A stretch of 62,909 bases of DNA, the filler included, from Basidiobolus ranarum (Eukaryota): assembly GCA_040143965.1 (NCBI GenBank). It is 49 parts of 49 records of this genome, joined end to end, with 100 filler letters (N's around TTAATTAATTAA, not from the genome) between each part and the next. Parts side by side here need not be neighbours in the genome. Positions count along the whole stretch, not along the records: positions 23,210 to 24,396 come from JASJQH010006082.1; positions 24,497 to 25,683 come from JASJQH010006083.1; positions 25,784 to 26,970 come from JASJQH010006084.1; positions 27,071 to 28,257 come from JASJQH010006085.1; positions 28,358 to 29,543 come from JASJQH010006086.1; positions 29,644 to 30,829 come from JASJQH010006087.1; positions 30,930 to 32,115 come from JASJQH010006088.1; positions 32,216 to 33,400 come from JASJQH010006089.1; 41 more parts are not named here. The stretch is one strand, 5' to 3'. Below the pieces are notes generated by a model, which saw nothing but the letters and a program-made list of their open reading frames with translations, made no database searches and was not told the DNA's origin. Of this stretch, positions 23,790-36,070 are shown in pieces (position 1 is the stretch's first letter; each line of letters begins with the position of its first letter). Position numbers and translations under genes: made by a program.

Positions 23790-24396
23790 TCTGCCCACAT
23801 GGGCTCCCTTAAACTATCATTGCTGAACAAGGCTCTTTGCTTCCTAATTCTATAAAAGTCTTCTCCAAACCTGGGTATCTCTGCCAATCTTTCCACTGCC
23901 TTCCATACCCAATCTGATGGTTGGACAGAAAGAGTAAACCAAGAGTTGGAACAATATTTGCAAGGTGCTACTAACTATAATCAAGATAATTGGACACAAC
24001 TCTTGCCTCTTGCCAAGTTTGCTTACAATCATTCTTTTTGTACCATAGCAAAACAAACCCCTTTCTTTGCAAATTATCAATTCCATCCTTGTTTTGGAAC
24101 ACACCCACCATCAATTCAACCTTGACCTACTGCCACATATTATGCCACTCTCCTTCAGGAAATCCATAAACAATTATTATCCAAGTAGAAGCATGCTCAA
24201 TCCTAATACAAGAATGTTGTTGTTAAAGAAAGAAAGCCAAACCCAGATCTCAAGCCAAGATCTTATGTATGGCTAATCTGTAAAGATATCAAGACCACTA
24301 GACCTTGTGATAAGCTTCATTGTGAAAGACTAGGGCCTTTTTAGAATATTATGCAAATCAACTCAGCAGCCTTTTGCCTTGAACTCCCAAACCAGT
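23790..24396 (+). mobile_element. Ty3/gypsy integrase C-terminal remnant
   Basis: STAFHTQSDGWTERVNQ.LEQYL, KFAYN, IKTTRPCDKL...LGPF. Confidence 0.88.
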
Positions 24397-24496
24397 NNNN
24401 NNNNNNNNNNNNNNNNNNNNNNNNNNNNNNNNNNNNNNNNTTAATTAATTAANNNNNNNNNNNNNNNNNNNNNNNNNNNNNNNNNNNNNNNNNNNN

Positions 24497-24574
24497 CCAA
24501 ATGTAAGGAGTGAACTTGATGTTCTTAGAATCGCAAGTAGCTACATCCGAGTTGAAATTTTTCTTGTCAGCCAT
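24497..24574 (-). CDS. N-terminus of a host gene, possibly a second sugar porter (MADKKNFNSDVATCDSKNIKFTPYIW...)
   Basis: AAAAATGG context, TATATAA about 65 nt upstream, open to contig end; lies 1 kb downstream of a sugar-porter C-terminus on the same strand. Confidence 0.5.
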
Positions 24575-25580
24575 TTTTGAAATGGGTTATCTTTGACTAA
24601 TAGATTTAATACTGAGTTGTAGAAGAATACCGATGGTTCTTATATACTTTCAACTGAAACCCTTAAGCCAGAACCCACGACTCTAGATTCTTACATCAGC
24701 CACGACATGACTCTTAAGTGTTATCGGGGAAATCTTTGTGGAAGGACACTGTAAAATAAATTAGTATAATTGAGATCATATACAAAGATATAAGTCTGTA
24801 TACGTTTCTTATTATAGGTGTAAATAGATATCCATACTCTCAGAATCTGTTTCAAGACTGACAAATCTGATGGAGTTGATTTTTTTAAATATTAGATTGA
24901 TTTGTATAATTGTCATCTAATATGAAAATATTATAACGTGTATAGCAAATACTCCTTACGAGTTGTTTCCCATAAAAATTTACCACTCCATATATTCTAA
25001 TAATCCCCTAAAAGGTCAGTAGTAAATCTAGATTCAAGAAATTTATCATATTGTCAAAGCTCATATTTAATTAAGGATAAATAAGGTTATCGAATATTGT
25101 CTAGTCCAAGGCCAAAGCAAACTTTTAGACGTCTCCGACTTATACTACCATATTTGTATATTTGTATTCAACAAGTTCTCGATAATTTCTCATCTGAGCA
25201 TTTGAATCAATTCGAGAAAATTCAAGTTGATCGATTAATTGTTGTACATCTCTAATATTTGATGAATTGATCAATCCACTATCTAGATGCACTTGAAATC
25301 AGATTTACGTTTTTGGACGATCTGTAGAACATCATTCCTTTTTTTACAAAAACCGAGGGAAATGCGAAGTTAGCCAACCGATATAGCTTGAACAAATCGC
25401 ATTTAGGGGTTATCTAAATCAAACCATAATTTGAAACAAAGAAATGATATGAAATGATCAAACATTTACTATTGTTGTGTTACGCCATTTTATTAAAATC
25501 AAGGTCAACATACGTACTGAACTATTTACAGAAAAAAACACATCGGTAGGAACATATCAAACTATAACATTCCATGTTAC

Positions 25581-25682
25581 TTATTTAGCAACTTCGTTAG
25601 GGTTACGTCCTTTGGTCTCTGGGACAAGGAAGAAAGTGAATGCAACACCAACAGCACAGATGATAGCGAATGGAAGGAAGGA
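25581..25682 (-). CDS. C-terminus of an MFS sugar porter (GLUT-like)
   Basis: SFLPFAIICAVGVAFTFFLVPETKGRNPNEVAK*: last TM helix plus the PETKG signature. Confidence 0.88.
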   Translation of the reverse strand, partial: SFLPFAIICAVGVAFTFFLVPETKGRNPNEVAK

Positions 25683-26448
25683 GNNNNNNNNNNNNNNNNN
25701 NNNNNNNNNNNNNNNNNNNNNNNNNNNTTAATTAATTAANNNNNNNNNNNNNNNNNNNNNNNNNNNNNNNNNNNNNNNNNNNNTAACATATTCTACACGT
25801 TAGTTTGCTTACATCTTGACAAAACTATAAATGTCAACTTTCTACTCAATATATCAATAAGTGAAAACCACCAATTCCTCTAATTCTCCAAACCGCTTCC
25901 AACAGGCTCCCAAATACTTTAACAGATCACAGGTAGTAATTGCTAGTTGAAAACCAGGATGATTTTTATTTGATAACATATGGCTCCTATTTATACTTTT
26001 CTGATGGTAGAAATGATTACAAATGAGGATTTCCGGAAAGTTCCAGAGAATTCTGTTGGTGGGAATCTGGGGTTATGATATCACCATAAATCATAAGATT
26101 AGTAATCTATGGAATGTTCTGGAAGGTTATAGAATAATCCGGAAAGTCATGGAATCTTCCAACAAAATCAAGCTTTGATTGGTCAAAACTCAATCAGTCA
26201 TCAACTATTCTAAGAATCATATAGAATGTTCTGGAAGCTAGTAGAATTTTCAAGAAAATAATAGGACTGATGTGGGTTAATACTTTTGAATCTCAAATAA
26301 TAGAGGATAATACTTATGGTGTGATATAATTAGCTAGAAAATATGGCTAATCCAAATATCGATAGAAAGATAGAAATTGTGCAAAAGTAATGATACAAGT
26401 TTGAAGTGGAAATAAGCCAACCTGCCAGTGAGTAGCAATGCTACCCCA

Positions 26449-26960
26449 TTACAATGTGTTTTTAGACAAACCTTGACTTTTTAGATTTGGATAGAGATGT
26501 GCATTAAGTATATTGGTAATACCATCAGCTTGATGATGAGTACTTTGGTATTGGATGACTGATTTATATTTGGGTGATTTCATCAAAATTGTAAGATGGG
26601 GAATCAACAATATGTAAGCCAAATATGAACATTGTTTATCTAATTCAGTAATTGCCAATTGTATGCAAACAGTACATGAGTTCAGGTTTTTCAGATCACT
26701 GGTGAAAGCCAAACAGCCATTTGGACATAAACATAGTTTAATTTTTGAAGGATTATATGTCCTACAATTGACAAGTGTTTTCCACTTGTACCTGGTCTGT
26801 GGCAAGCAACAGTTGCCAATCAACCATGGTAAAAGTGTAAGAAAACCAACAAACACCTGGTTACTAAGATTGGATTGAACTCTTAACTCCTCAATAATAA
26901 AAGCTGCTTCCTTTACTCTAAGTGTTATGAGTGGACTAATGCTTGCAAATAACAAAGAGT
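26449..26960 (-). mobile_element. CACTA/EnSpm-like transposase N-terminal remnant
   Basis: LCPNGCLAFT...CTVC, YILLIPHL; homologous to 4600-5050 and 38220-38540. Confidence 0.82.
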
Positions 26961-27070
26961 ATTTATTGGGNNNNNNNNNNNNNNNNNNNNNNNNNNNNNN
27001 NNNNNNNNNNNNNNTTAATTAATTAANNNNNNNNNNNNNNNNNNNNNNNNNNNNNNNNNNNNNNNNNNNN

Positions 27071-28257
27071 ATTAGACATTACTCAACAACATCAATATGC
27101 TCTACCAGAAAACTAATGGTGGAAAAATTGCTAAATATCAGAAGTTTTGAATAGCACTGACACTTGGCAAATAGCTGACTCATGTTACTATTCACAATAA
27201 GAATAAGATCTTGAATTTTGGCAAATTTCCATAAAGAATTCAGCCAATATATACCTAACTTGCAGTCAACAAATGTCCTGCCACAAGTAGATGTGTCATT
27301 GCATGAATGGGTTACCCCATGGCTAAAACAATAATACTGTGTATCTCCATCTATCTCACCAAGAAGTCTGTCTTGCAGCTTTCCTAAAAATACCATCAGG
27401 TTATTACACAAACAAATTAGTCCAGATTATAGAGGTACTTACTTTGTGTCCATGGATTGAGCATTGTGGCTGTCATTGTGCTTAAACAATGCAAAAACCT
27501 GTGAGCACATTGAAAAGAGCCCTTTGTTAGAAGGTTAATAACTCTGGAGTCTGCTTAACCCATTGCATTACATCCATCACTGATTTTGCTCATACATTGT
27601 CAACTGGATTAGCATATGGTAATACTGACAATTTCACACGGAGCATCATTTCACTACAGGTGCGCTCCATTGGGAACTCCCAGAATATATGGCAAGGGCC
27701 TATAATCTCTAAGCATTGTGAACAATGCAGCAGGGAATGTATTGAATACTGGCATAGATTCAGTCTATCTTCTTTAAACCTGTAATAAAGTTTTTTGTCT
27801 CCAATCACAAAAATCTTTGCACAGTCACTATATCTGCCTGAGATCTGCCAATGTGAGTTGATGCCATAAGAATATATTAACAATATCAACAAACAACTCC
27901 CATTATTGCTAATACTTATCAGACAGAAATCTTTTCAAAATTCCTCTTGAATATATACAAATTGAATACTTGCAGTCTTTGCATTTGAATAAACACCTAG
28001 ATGAGTGGATGTTGATGGGAGTCCTGGTAGAATATGATGGTATCTTAATGTTTTCAAGCATTTTCCCAATCAAATCAAACTTTGATCCTATCTCAAATGG
28101 CTCAATCATATTGAATTTTTCACTATATAGCTGAGTAAGTAGTATTGGAATGTTGTTAAATAGTAAGTGCATGGTGCCTAATGGGAAGCTCTGGCTCCAG
28201 CTGATCCCCTTTAGCAATATAATCTTAGGCTTACAGCTAATACCAAGTTTGATGTTA
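27071..28257 (-). mobile_element. CACTA/EnSpm-like transposase C-terminal remnant
   Basis: FPLGTMHLLFNNI, IHSLLH...IIGP..FWEFPMERTC, LPYAN. Confidence 0.85.
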
Positions 28258-28357
28258 NNNNNNNNNNNNNNNNNNNNNNNNNNNNNNNNNNNNNNNNNNN
28301 NTTAATTAATTAANNNNNNNNNNNNNNNNNNNNNNNNNNNNNNNNNNNNNNNNNNNN

Positions 28358-28647
28358 ACTTAGTCAAATATCACTTAACTGAAAATTAGAACATATATTA
28401 TATGTTTGTGTGAACAATGTGTGAATTATCAAGTCCATATTGGAAATTTCAAACTTGTCCAAATTGCCACAAAGATAGCTCATTTTACTCCCACAGAAGT
28501 TCTGAACACAACCCCAGTGTTAGTTTTCTGTATTTCCACCAAAATGTATAAAAGCTTTATTTCTGGACCATAAATAATTATCTCACAAAGCTATTCACAA
28601 CTCCACTTTTCTAAAGTTCCTCCAAACAGCCCATATTTTCCCAATAC
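28358..28647 (+). repeat. Copia LTR family B (3' part); another copy starts near 29376
   Basis: Homology to 12343-12717. Confidence 0.85.
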
Positions 28648-29643
28648 TGTTGCAAGTGTTCCTTTTACTTATATTATTTGGAATACCTGAGTTACAAAGA
28701 CATTATATTTTATACAACCTTTTAAATTTTAGCACCTTTGTGCTGCACAGGCTATATAGCCCAAAAGCTTATTTTAATGACTATTTTGTTGTTTTGAATG
28801 TAAATAAACAAATATGGAGCTTAGTGCTAGTGTTATGTCAAAGTTTGTGAAGCATGTGTAGAAAGCATTTTATCAACACTTTGAATATTTCTAGATTTGT
28901 CATATAATTATATTATCTCCAATATTCAGTTTCTTCTCTATTTAACTTTGTATTATTCACAAAGTTCTTACAAATATTACAAATCCATACTACTAATCAA
29001 GTTTCCTCTTTACTCTCAATAGTGTATAAGGATATTCTCAATAAGTTATTTGTGGAATATCAAGCTAAAAAATAGCTAGTTTACTCATGGCTAAATTAAA
29101 ATACTTAAAACCTTGAGAGTCTGTAGGAGAACATCTTCACTTTAGTTTCCCAGAGACTTGCAATTTAATAAAAATTAACAAATATTAAATATCTGAGATA
29201 TTTCTCATAATTCATAAAAATTATAGAAGCTAGAATATGCTGTCATACAATGCTGGAAACAGTGTCTCTTCCTCAGATGTGTCAAAGTTCAGAGATCTGA
29301 CCTTTGGAAAATTTGGGCAAGCCCAATTCTTCCCATATACTAGTGACTTATGCATTTTATGACAGAAGGGTGTACTGTTAAAATTTATTGTCTTTATCAT
29401 ATTTGTTATCTCTATCTTTATACACCTAACTTTTTCATATATCACATATAAGTTAGTTAACATTACTTAGTCAAATATCACTTAGCTGAAAATCGGAACA
29501 TATATTATATATATATGTGAATAATGTGAGAATTAGCAATTCCNNNNNNNNNNNNNNNNNNNNNNNNNNNNNNNNNNNNNNNNNNNNTTAATTAATTAAN
29601 NNNNNNNNNNNNNNNNNNNNNNNNNNNNNNNNNNNNNNNNNNN

Positions 29644-30829
29644 ATCAGCCTAAAGAAGGGGATGAGACCTTTGGCCAACAAAATACTTGCTTACTGAAGC
29701 CCCACCAACTTCAAATTAGTGCAACTGCACTCTCTATTCCTAGTGCAAGCCCATTCCATGAAGACCTCCACAAACTCCAATCCAAAGATGCATTGGTAAT
29801 ATCAATCAAGAATGCCCAGGAAACACCCAAAGACCTCTCAAGCTTGTACCTGTACCGCCATTTCTCCATCATCAATGATCTCTTGTTTTATAAGAAGCAC
29901 CTTTACATTCCAGACCACACTTCTACACTCAAAATCATGCAGGAAAGACATGACTCACCACTGGCAGCACACCTTGGTGTTGCCAAATCATATATATTGG
30001 CATCCAGGGATTATTGGTGGCCCAATATGTTTGCATTTGTCAAGACTTATGTTTCCACCTGTGATACTTGTGCTGGAGTGAAGAATCCAGGGCATCAGCC
30101 CTATGGCCTCCTGCAGCCACTTCTGATTCCTGATCAGCAGTGGAAATCCATATCCCTGGATTTCATAACTGATCTGCCCATGTCTGCCAAATATGATTCA
30201 ATTCTGGTAATTGTTGACTGTCTAACAAAGATGGCCCATTTTGTCCCCTGCAACAAGTCAAGTGATGCAAAACAAACAGCAGAATTGGTAACTAATAACA
30301 TATTCCGCCTACATACACTCCCTGAAACTTTCATCTCTAGCCAAGGACTTCAGCTTGCTTCCAAATTCTAAAAAAAGTCTCCTCCAAACCATGGGTATCT
30401 CTGCCAATCTCTCCACTGCCTTCCATCCCCAATCTGATGGCTAAACAGAAAGAGTCAATCAAGTGTTGGAGCAATACTTGATATGCACTATCAACTATGA
30501 TCAAGATAATTGGACACAACTTATGCCTCTTGCTGAGTTTGCTTACAACAACTCTTATCATACCTCAACAAAGCAAACTCCTTTCTTTGCAAATTATAGA
30601 TTCCATCCTTGTTTCACAATTCACCCACTATCCAATCCTCCTTGTCCTGCTGCCTCAGACCATGTCACTTTCCTTAAGGACATCCATAAACAATTAATAT
30701 CCAAGTATGTACATGCTGAATCCCAATACAAGAACTTTGCTGATAAGAAAAGAAAACCAAGCCCAGATCTCAAGCCAGGAGATTATGTTTGGCTACTCTG
30801 GAAAAATATCAAGACCACTAGACCTTGTG
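29644..30829 (+). mobile_element. Ty3/gypsy integrase remnant
   Basis: HDSPLAAHLG, YWWPNM, CDTC, WKSISLDFITDLP, TAFHPQSDG, AEFAYNN. Confidence 0.95.
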
Positions 30830-30929
30830 NNNNNNNNNNNNNNNNNNNNNNNNNNNNNNNNNNNNNNNNNNNNTTAATTAATTAANNNNNNNNNNNNNNN
30901 NNNNNNNNNNNNNNNNNNNNNNNNNNNNN

Positions 30930-31550
30930 GGATTTATTTGCTTCACTTTCGACGAAAACTGCCAGGTAAAATCTTGTATAACTCTGCCCACCATATTAGT
31001 ACTCAACTTATAACATTTTATTATGTCTTTATTCCAGTGTTCCACAAAACACAACTGTAAGATGCTTACTTTGGTATTATTTACTGTGTGATGTGATTGC
31101 TCAATACTTTCAATTTAGGAAAACTCTACAGCTAAAAAGCCACAAATTCCGACCGCAACAGAATTCATCCCTCCAGCAGCCCGGATTCCAAACTTGACAC
31201 CAGCAGTCAAGGCAAGCGCGCCAGAGAATACTAAAATCCACACACGTTCGGTAGAACTAAACGCTGAAGCCCTTGTACCCTTGGAGAGTGTAGTAGCAGC
31301 TGAACCATCGACATCGGATGCTATGTCTGATCCCATACAAAACAAGAGACCTAACTCTGAATCTACCGCTACTGCACCATCTCCTAAACGACGTCAATTT
31401 GGCGTAATTACCAAGGAGGAGTATGAAGCTAAAAACAAGAAATTAGAAGAAACTAAAGAATTAGAGACCGAAGACGAAGTAGCTTGGGAGCCTCCTGAAG
31501 GCCAAACGGGCGATGGCAAGACTTCATTGAATGCTAAATTTGGTTATTGA
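30930..31550 (+). CDS. SLC4A1AP: 3' end of a kanadaptin-like gene; predicted exons 30930-30965, 31038-31056, 31119-31550
   Basis: C-terminal WEPPEGQTGDGKTSLNAKFGY* matches the conserved kanadaptin tail; two GT-AG introns keep the frame. Confidence 0.8.
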
Positions 31551-31770
31551 CAAAATCCCCTTTCTTTATGATAAATAGAAGTGAACTTTCCAAATTTATT
31601 AATACTGAAGCTATATTGCATGATTTTCATGTTTTGATAATTACGATATACATTATATTGGTAAAGAATAGTAATTGATGGCAAATGTTTACACTAATTA
31701 AGAGGAAAAAGTAAGCGTTCAATGAATCTGATATGTTAAGTTAAGTATATGCCCATAATAATGGCAATAT

Positions 31771-32004
31771 TTAGATCGTAAAGGTAAATTTGAGGGTGTC
31801 AGGCTTCTCCTCCAGCTCAGCTTCCGACTCTGTTTTAGCTAACTTCTTATTCTGCCAGACTAGATACAGTCGCAAGATAAGGGCTGATACACTCACTAAC
31901 AAAAGCATAGATAAATTAATCATATGACTTCGAAAGTAACGTGGAGCTTCATCAGCCTGATAAAGTTGCCCAGCAAGGATTCCTATTGCAAAACACCCCG
32001 TTAG
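31771..32004 (-). CDS. C-terminus of an MFS allantoate-permease (Dal5/ACS-type) transporter
   Basis: GQLYQADEAPRY..hydrophobic helix..LRLYLVWQNKK...FTFTI pattern typical of this family. Confidence 0.72.
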   Translation of the reverse strand, partial: LTGCFAIGILAGQLYQADEAPRYFRSHMINLSMLLLVSVSALILRLYLVWQNKKLAKTESEAELEEKPDTLKFTFTI

Positions 32005-32215
32005 CTGAGTACCTTCCTTTCTGCTTACCACCTTTGCCCCTTAACACTATATTTACATCCTCTGAGCTTGATTACATTGGTCATCAGGTTAAGTATGGAT
32101 ATGATCCAGTATTGTNNNNNNNNNNNNNNNNNNNNNNNNNNNNNNNNNNNNNNNNNNNNTTAATTAATTAANNNNNNNNNNNNNNNNNNNNNNNNNNNNN
32201 NNNNNNNNNNNNNNN

Positions 32216-33400
32216 CAGATCAATTGTCCCCTTCAAGTATCTGCAAATCCACTTAACTACTGCATATTGCTCAGATCGTGGGTTTTGCAATGTTGGCTGC
32301 CTACTCTCACTGCAAAAGAGATATCGGGCCGGGTTCCAGTCATAGCATATATCAAACTACCTACCATAGATTGATAATGAAACTCAGGGCTTTCAAATGA
32401 CATATTCCAAGCCATATTTGGCCAGTTTCCATCATTTTGGATGGGATTTTTGACTAGTTTCACACCTGGATCCATGGGAGTTGCAACTGGCGTACAATTA
32501 TTCATCCTGTAATGTTTGAGAATGTCTGAGATGTATTTAGATTGATTCAGAGTGATAGATTTGCACAATATATCTATATGGATCTGCAGGCCTAAAAAAT
32601 ACATAAGTTCATCTAAACTGGTCATCTTGAATTGGACTGATAGATCTCTTTTAGTAATCCTGAGAGCTTCATCATTATTGGTAGCTATAATCAGATCATC
32701 TACATATATGGCAAGTATCACCTTACTGGCCTTATCTGTCTTAAAGTAGATCCCAAAATCCACCATACTCTTTTGGAAATCAAGTGATTCCAAGTATATA
32801 TCTATCTTAGTGTACTTGGCCCTGGGTGTTTGTTTAAGTCCATAAAGTAATTTTTGTAGCTTACACACATCCTCAGGATGCTCAGTATCCATAAAGCCAT
32901 CTGGTTGATGTTGAAATTAGCATTGCCTAAGCACCTATATAGTCATATATAACTTAGTAATTAGTTATCTTATAACTCACCAAGTTAGTATCAATTACTC
33001 TCAATTGGAATTTATTTTGAATATTTTTACCAGCTTAGAAGTTCTCAGATATAAAGAATTTTCAAACTTGTGCTAGAAGCCCCAAACTTTGCACACATGT
33101 TTCTGGGACCTTCCTTAACATATTCTATACATTAGTTTGTTTACATCTTGACAAAACTATAAATGTCAACTTTCTATTCAATAAATCATTAAGTGAAAAC
33201 CACCAATTCCTCTAGTTCTCTAAACCACTTCCAACAGGCTCCCAAATACTTTAACAGTTGATCCATGAATATATCCTCTTCCAAGTCCCCATTCAAAAAA
33301 GCAGTATTAACATCCATTTGATGGATTTTTAAGCTGTGTTTTGCTGCTACTGCTAGTATGGTTCTGATGGAGTTAAACTTTGCTACAGGAGCAAAAGTTT
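32216..33400 (-). mobile_element. Ty1/copia RT remnant split by a solo LTR
   Basis: TFAPVAKFNSIR, HQMDVNTAFLNG, IFMDQ|PDGF, LYGLKQ, IYVDDL, GTRPD. Confidence 0.95.
32909..33256 (+). repeat. Solo LTR family A (348 bp) with perfect 5-bp TSD GTTGA
   Basis: GTTGA|TGTTGAAATT...TTTAACA|GTTGA. Confidence 0.95.
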
Positions 33401-33500
33401 NNNNNNNNNNNNNNNNNNNNNNNNNNNNNNNNNNNNNNNNNNNNTTAATTAATTAANNNNNNNNNNNNNNNNNNNNNNNNNNNNNNNNNNNNNNNNNNNN

Positions 33501-34320
33501 ATATGCTACATCTGGGCATGGTCCATCCATTGTATATATCCACCAAGCAACAACACTTTGCTAAGAAAATCTTGGGTTTATTTGAATAGAAGAACATCTG
33601 ATTTAAGCCATTTTTGGTCAGGTGAAAATCTGTATCTGCTAGGATAGATACTGGATTACATTCTTCCATTTTAAGCTTCTTGAGTATACCTAGGATATAC
33701 TCAGAGTGGATTAAAGGCATTGCTTTGGTAGTTCTACCTATCTTAATCTAGACTCCAAGATAGTATGTCAGCTGACCAAGATCATTCCTTATGACTTTTA
33801 CAGATAAGCAGAATTTGGTCTCACCAAAGTCTTCAAGTCATTAGTTGCTGCAATAAGATCAGCTATATGTAAGTCCAACTAGGTTTGTTTTATGTGGCCT
33901 GAAGTAAATACTATAGCAACATTACTCTTTTATAATTTTGGTTTTTGGAAAACAGCATCTATCTTGCTGTTCCAAGCTATTGAAGTTTGTTTTAATGCAT
34001 AGACTGTTTTCTGGAATTTACAAACTTTTTTAGGGTTCTTGGGGCCACAGATGTGTCTGGTTGGTCTTTGCAGATCTACTCAGCAAGCTCACCATTCAAA
34101 AAAGTAGTTCTAGATCCATTTGATATATAATAAACTAACATTAAGCCAAAATAGAAGCAATCAATCTAATTAAATTAAAGTTCGATACAGGAGCCAAAGT
34201 TGCTGTAAGATCTATTTGAGGTATCTAGAAATAGTCTTTGGCTAACAGTCTAGCCTTGTGCCTTTTTACATTGCCATCAGAGTTGTATTTCACTTTAGGC
34301 CCAAATTTGGGACTGATTGC
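33501..34320 (-). mobile_element. Older Ty1/copia RT remnant
   Basis: HKARLLAK, TLAPVS, YQMDL..FLNG; homologous to 14191-14842. Confidence 0.88.
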
Positions 34321-34785
34321 TATAGTAATCAAGGCTATTTCCTTCCCAAATTGATATGTTGGCTTGCCCTAACAGAAGTTTGAGGATTGTTATTGTAGGA
34401 AAAACATGACTGTGTTAATAATTTTACACAATTACAACTTGAATGCTAATTCATCACCTATGAAATTTCAAGTCTCTTTCATACATTCTCCTGAATATTT
34501 TTATTGAGTTCTTCATACCAATGGTTTTGCTCATACCCAACACAAGTTTGTATCAATATTTCCAGCAAAGCCCACCATTGTTTTATGTTGCTGAATCAAC
34601 ATTCTTCCAGCTATCTGGCAGATACCCTGCAATATTATGCCACTCTGTATTACGTTCTTCCCAGATATCTGCATGGTCAACACCANNNNNNNNNNNNNNN
34701 NNNNNNNNNNNNNNNNNNNNNNNNNNNNNTTAATTAATTAANNNNNNNNNNNNNNNNNNNNNNNNNNNNNNNNNNNNNNNNNNNN

Positions 34786-35612
34786 TGCTGTGTATAGTCT
34801 CTCAAATTTTTCCCTAGCAGGGTAGAAATTTTGGCTGAGTGTATGTGCCTCTATTGAGAGTCTCTGTGATTTAAGCAAAGTGTAGAGCATGTATTCATCT
34901 GTTACTTCTCAAAGGCAAGGATAGTTTCTGGTGGTCCAATTGGCTATGTTTCTTTTCCTGTTGCAAATTCCCAAAGGTCTTTGTTTTTTAGCACCATATG
35001 CATCTTGAACTTTCACAGATGAAAGTCTTCCTCATCAAACTTTTCTGTGGATGCAAATTTATTAGAGATAGTAATTGTAGACATTCCTTTTACAGCTAGC
35101 TTGGGGCTTGTAACTAGATAAAAGTATTTAGGGGATTTGGAAGTATTTTTGACAAGATTTGGATTAGTGCATTAGACACTTCAGTTTTATCCAATTAGAT
35201 ATGTCCTATTATAGTTTACTATGAAATAGGACTATTGAATGTGCTTGGATGATAACAAACATTTTTTTTAAGCATGGGTGAAAATTTGGGATGATTTGGA
35301 GAGGTTTTGAGAAAATAGAGAAAATTGGTAAAAGTGATCTAATTGATATTTCAATCAATTAGTGCAATAAGCACACGTTTTAGAATAACAGAATAGAGTG
35401 CTAGATAATCGGAATATGAATAAACCAGCTACTAAATAATGGGTTGCCATTTACCTAATTTCAACAGAAAATTTGTAAAAGTGATCTCATTGATAGAAAT
35501 ATGAATTAGAGCAATAAATGCACATTTTGAAAGGCAGAATTGAGTGCTAAGTAATCAGAATATGAATAAGCAAACTACTCAATATTGAGTTGCTATTGAC
35601 CAAGTTTCAATA
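34786..35612 (-). mobile_element. Copia family C gag start, PBS (~35103-35115), 5' LTR (to 35466) and adjacent older LTR fragment (35467-35612)
   Basis: TEKFDEEDFHL.KFKM; GGGGCTTGTAAC; ~146-bp diverged tandem ending TTTCAACA / TTTCAATA. Confidence 0.8.
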
Positions 35613-36070
35613 GGATATGTTGTGTTGAAGGAAAAAATGGATAAAAAGTGTTGAACTTAACTCAACCAAAGAAATAGTTAAGTGCAGAATCTTAGAACTG
35701 TTTAAGCAGGATATATCAGCAGAGCAGATCAAACTAATATATGTCTTGGGAATATCATTGGGTTGCTATGTTACGGTAGAGAGTAGGTTTGCTAGTCAGC
35801 TAGGCTTGGTGTTCTGTAGGTGCTAGTGGATAATAGGCTTGAATAGAAATTACAGGGGAATATTGAATTTGTTGAGAAACACTGAGAAGTGTTGAGATCC
35901 TATATTTTTTGAGACACACACTAAATCAAAAGGTTCAGTTAGCTTTATTTATACTTTTTGATAGCAAAGTNNNNNNNNNNNNNNNNNNNNNNNNNNNNNN
36001 NNNNNNNNNNNNNNTTAATTAATTAANNNNNNNNNNNNNNNNNNNNNNNNNNNNNNNNNNNNNNNNNNNN

